30,129 nucleotides of DNA, taken from positions 1-30,129 of the forward strand of contig JANOQV010000181.1 in NCBI GenBank assembly GCA_031414955.1, read 5' to 3'. The DNA comes from Pedosphaera sp. (lineage in GTDB: Bacteria; Verrucomicrobiota; Verrucomicrobiia; Limisphaerales; SIBH01). Each line of letters opens with the position of its first letter. Within the stretch, counting starts at the first letter, position 1. The position numbers were made by a program, and so were the translations under genes. Below the pieces are notes generated by a model, which saw only the letters and a list, made by a program, of their open reading frames with translations, was not told the DNA's origin and did not search any database. Positions 27,469 through 30,129 of the stretch are shown one piece after another.

Positions 27469-27602
27469 CGGTGGCATTGGTAGTGGCGGGTTCACTGAGA
27501 GGGGAAGCTGCTCGCGCGGCGAGCCGCCCGCTCGCCGCGGGCTGGTCTCGTCGCCGCGCGACAAAACCCACCATCGGGTGCCCGCCACTTTCAATCGCAC
27601 CC
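27469..27602. repeat. TIR-bounded palindromic element, copy C
   Basis: Right end tgcccgccactttcaatcgcaccc (27579-27602) is 23/24 identical to 11020-11043. Degenerate left end cggtggcattggtagtggcggg. Inner perfect inverted pair tcgcgcggcga/tcgccgcgcga. Confidence 0.75.
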
Positions 27603-27618
27603 GTCCTGACTCCGCTTC

Positions 27619-27647
27619 TTGCCATTCCTCGCTGTCGCCTCTAACTT
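27619..27647 (+). promoter_or_regulatory. Promoter of the S41 protease-tsaD operon
   Basis: TTGCCA-N17-TAACTT. Confidence 0.6.
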
Positions 27648-27672
27648 GCGCTCACGAAAATTCGCTCAGGTT

Positions 27673-29016
27673 ATGAAACGAAAATTTTTCTACGGATTGC
27701 TGCTCGGAGCGCTCGGGCTGAACCTCTTCGTCGGGGCGCAGGTCTATTTCCAAAGCGTCCAGGCCGCGGAGAAGGATGACCCCTATCAGAACCTCAAGCT
27801 CTTCTCCACTGTCCTGGAGCGTGTGCGACAGGACTACGTCGATGGCGAGAAGGTGACCTATCAGGAACTCATTCAGGGGGCCATGAAGGGCATGTTGAAC
27901 ACGCTCGACCCGCACAGTGAGTTCATGGAGGCAACCAAGTACGATGATCTGAAGAAAGACACCACCGGTGAATTTGGCGGCGTGGGCATCGTGGTTTCGA
28001 TCAAAGACGGCCAGGTCACGGTCGTCGCGCCGATGGAGGACACCCCGGGCTTCAAGGCCGGCATTCTCTCCGGCGATCGCATCGTCAAGATTGATGGTCG
28101 CAGCACGGAGAAGTTTTCCATCCAGGACGCGGTGAAGAAATTGCGCGGCGCAGCCGGGTCGAAAGTCGAGATGACCATCCTCAGGCCAACCAGCGGCCTC
28201 ATCACCAACTACACTCTGGTGCGCGCGGCCATCAAAGTGGACACGGTCAAGGACATCGACGGCCGGCGTGACTTTCCGTTGAGCGAGAACAAGATGGGCT
28301 ACGTGCGGCTCTCCCAGTTTGGCGAGCAGACGGCGGAGGATTTTGAGGACGCCTTGCGCAAGCTGGAGAAGAAGGGCATGGAGTCGCTCATCCTCGATTT
28401 GCGCGGCAATCCCGGCGGCCTGCTGGATTCAGCAGTGCGCGTGGTCGAGAAATTCGTCGCGCGCGGCACTCTCATCGTTTCCACCGAGGGCCGGGGCTCG
28501 ACCCAGCGCGCCGATTACCGCGCCACCGGGCGCAACGCCCATTTGAACCTGCCGATGGTCGTGCTCGTCAATGGCGGCAGCGCCAGCGCGTCCGAGATTG
28601 TTTCCGGCGCGTTGCAGGACTTGACCGCGACCGGCAAGTGCAAGGCCGTCATCCTGGGTGAACAAACCTTCGGCAAAGGCTCCGTGCAAAGCATCCTGCC
28701 GTTAAATGACGGCTCGGCCCTGCGCCTGACCACGGCGAAGTACTACACGCCCAGCCACAAGGTCATTCACGAAAAAGGCATCACGCCCGACATCATCGTG
28801 CCCGTGAGCGAGGAGGAGGAGCGCGACCTGTTCTTCAAGCGCTCGCCCGGCGGTCTGGAATCGCTGGAGGACAAGGAACGCGCGCGGCTCCAGAACCTGC
28901 GCGACGTGCAACTGGATCGCGCCATGGATCTGCTCAAAGGCCTCTCCGTTTACAACCAGCGCAACGGCGAGAAAATTCCGGCCAAGGGCGGTGACAAGGT
29001 CGCCTTACGGAATTGA
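27673..29016 (+). CDS. ctpA: S41 family carboxyl-terminal processing protease (PDZ domain)
   Basis: N-terminal TM/signal, LDPHS, GEFGGVG, LDLRGNPGGLL, SASASEIVSGALQD, TFGKGSVQ, LTTAKYYTPS, GITPD. Start placed at ATG 27673. Confidence 0.93.
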   Translation: MKRKFFYGLLLGALGLNLFVGAQVYFQSVQAAEKDDPYQNLKLFSTVLERVRQDYVDGEKVTYQELIQGAMKGMLNTLDPHSEFMEATKYDDLKKDTTGEFGGVGIVVSIKDGQVTVVAPMEDTPGFKAGILSGDRIVKIDGRSTEKFSIQDAVKKLRGAAGSKVEMTILRPTSGLITNYTLVRAAIKVDTVKDIDGRRDFPLSENKMGYVRLSQFGEQTAEDFEDALRKLEKKGMESLILDLRGNPGGLLDSAVRVVEKFVARGTLIVSTEGRGSTQRADYRATGRNAHLNLPMVVLVNGGSASASEIVSGALQDLTATGKCKAVILGEQTFGKGSVQSILPLNDGSALRLTTAKYYTPSHKVIHEKGITPDIIVPVSEEEERDLFFKRSPGGLESLEDKERARLQNLRDVQLDRAMDLLKGLSVYNQRNGEKIPAKGGDKVALRN

Positions 29017-30038
29017 CCCTGCTCGCCCTCGAAACTTCCTGCGACGAAACCAGCGCCGCCGTGGTCCGGGCGGGCGTGGTGCTGGCCAACGTCGTTTCGT
29101 CCCAAATCAAACTCCACGCTGAGTACGGCGGCGTGGTGCCGGAACTGGCCGCGCGCGAGCACCTCAAGAACCTGCCTCCGGTCATCGAATCGGCCCTGCG
29201 CGAGTCCGGCCTCCAGGTCGCCGAGCTGGAGGCCATCGCCGCCACCCAGGGACCAGGCTTGCCGGCGGCCTTGATGGTCGGAATGAAAGCCGCCCAGTCG
29301 ATGGCCTACGCGCTGGGCAAACCGTTTCTTGGCCTCAACCACCACGAGGCGCATCTTTACTCGCCGTGGATTCGTGGCGAACCGCTCCGCGCCTGCTTCG
29401 AGGACTTCCAGCCCAACCTGGCCCTCATTGTCAGCGGCGGACACACCATGCTCGTCCAGGTCGAAGCCGAACTCCGCCACCGCGTGCTCGGCTCGACCAT
29501 CGATGACGCGGCCGGCGAGTGCTTCGACAAAGTGGCCAAGCTCATTGGTCTCCCCTACCCCGGCGGCCCTCAGATGGATCGGCTCGCGCAGGAGGGAGAC
29601 CCGAAACGGTTTAATTTTCCCCGCCCCATGCTGCGCGAGGCCAACGATGACTTCAGCTTCAGCGGATTGAAGACCTCGGTGCGCTATTTCCTCCGCGACC
29701 ATCCCGCTTTGCTGGCCGAACGACAGGCGGTCTGTGACCTCTGCGCCAGCGTGCAACACGCCATCGTGGAAGTGCTGGTGGTGAAGACCCTGCGCGCGGC
29801 CGAACGGCTGGCCGTCGGCTGCGTCACGGCTTCTGGTGGCGTGACTGCGAACACCGCTTTGCGCCGGGAACTGGCCGCCGCCTGCGACCAACGCGGACTC
29901 AAACTCCACGTTGCCGAACGCGCCCTCTGCACGGACAACGCGGCCATGATTGGCATTCTGGCCGAGCGGAAGTTCAAAAGCGGAACACCGGCCTCCGAAC
30001 TGGACGCCGACATCGCACCCGGACTCGCGCTGGGTTGA
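29013..30038 (+). CDS. tsaD: tRNA N6-adenosine threonylcarbamoyltransferase
   Basis: LALETSCDET, GGVVPELAAREH, HHEAH, SGGHT, DDAAGECFDK, FSFSGLKT, TDNAAMI; TTG start overlaps the ctpA stop (TTGA). Confidence 0.98.
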   Translation: MTLLALETSCDETSAAVVRAGVVLANVVSSQIKLHAEYGGVVPELAAREHLKNLPPVIESALRESGLQVAELEAIAATQGPGLPAALMVGMKAAQSMAYALGKPFLGLNHHEAHLYSPWIRGEPLRACFEDFQPNLALIVSGGHTMLVQVEAELRHRVLGSTIDDAAGECFDKVAKLIGLPYPGGPQMDRLAQEGDPKRFNFPRPMLREANDDFSFSGLKTSVRYFLRDHPALLAERQAVCDLCASVQHAIVEVLVVKTLRAAERLAVGCVTASGGVTANTALRRELAAACDQRGLKLHVAERALCTDNAAMIGILAERKFKSGTPASELDADIAPGLALG

Positions 30039-30129
30039 ATCCGAATTCCGGGGCAGCGGCGGCGCAGCCGCCGGGGTGGCCCAGGCAACCAGCCAATAGT
30101 GTTCGGCATGGCGGTGGGCCACCGCCATG

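Noticed and set aside
26802..27676. ORFs overlapping 27022-27416
   Set aside because: Explained by the RNase P RNA gene and repeat element C.
28950..30128. 392-aa minus-strand ORF at the window end
   Set aside because: Almost wholly antisense to tsaD; the short unique part is not enough to support a gene.

Overview
High-GC bacterial chromosomal window, most consistent with Verrucomicrobiota (PVC superphylum); this is inferred from the PEP-CTERM protein, two DUF1549/DUF1553 + DUF1501 gene pairs and the rnpB P4 variant. Housekeeping genes: rpsB-tsf, trmL, truA, leuA, purH, a split pta (catalytic gene plus a separate BioD/DRTGG gene), hisC, rnpB, an S41 protease and tsaD. Accessory genes: a partial RxGDYS-motif protein, a PEP-CTERM protein, two cytochrome-c/DUF1553 + Tat-DUF1501 modules, a ceramidase-like hydrolase, an AEC transporter and a secreted HEAT-repeat protein. 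The most notable signals are non-coding. (1) A family of 135-175 bp elements with shared ~25 bp terminal inverted repeats but different palindromic interiors; two copies bracket the ceramidase-like gene and its promoter. (2) A complete, apparently leaderless Leu-codon attenuator upstream of leuA that the ORF track misses. (3) 7-mer and 9-mer tandem/inverted repeat arrays, some in frame inside leuA and a DUF1553 gene. (4) A long structured rpsB leader with twin UGAA-loop hairpins. No CRISPR array, tRNA, rRNA, transposase or integrase was seen. All family assignments come from motif recognition by eye, not database searches.
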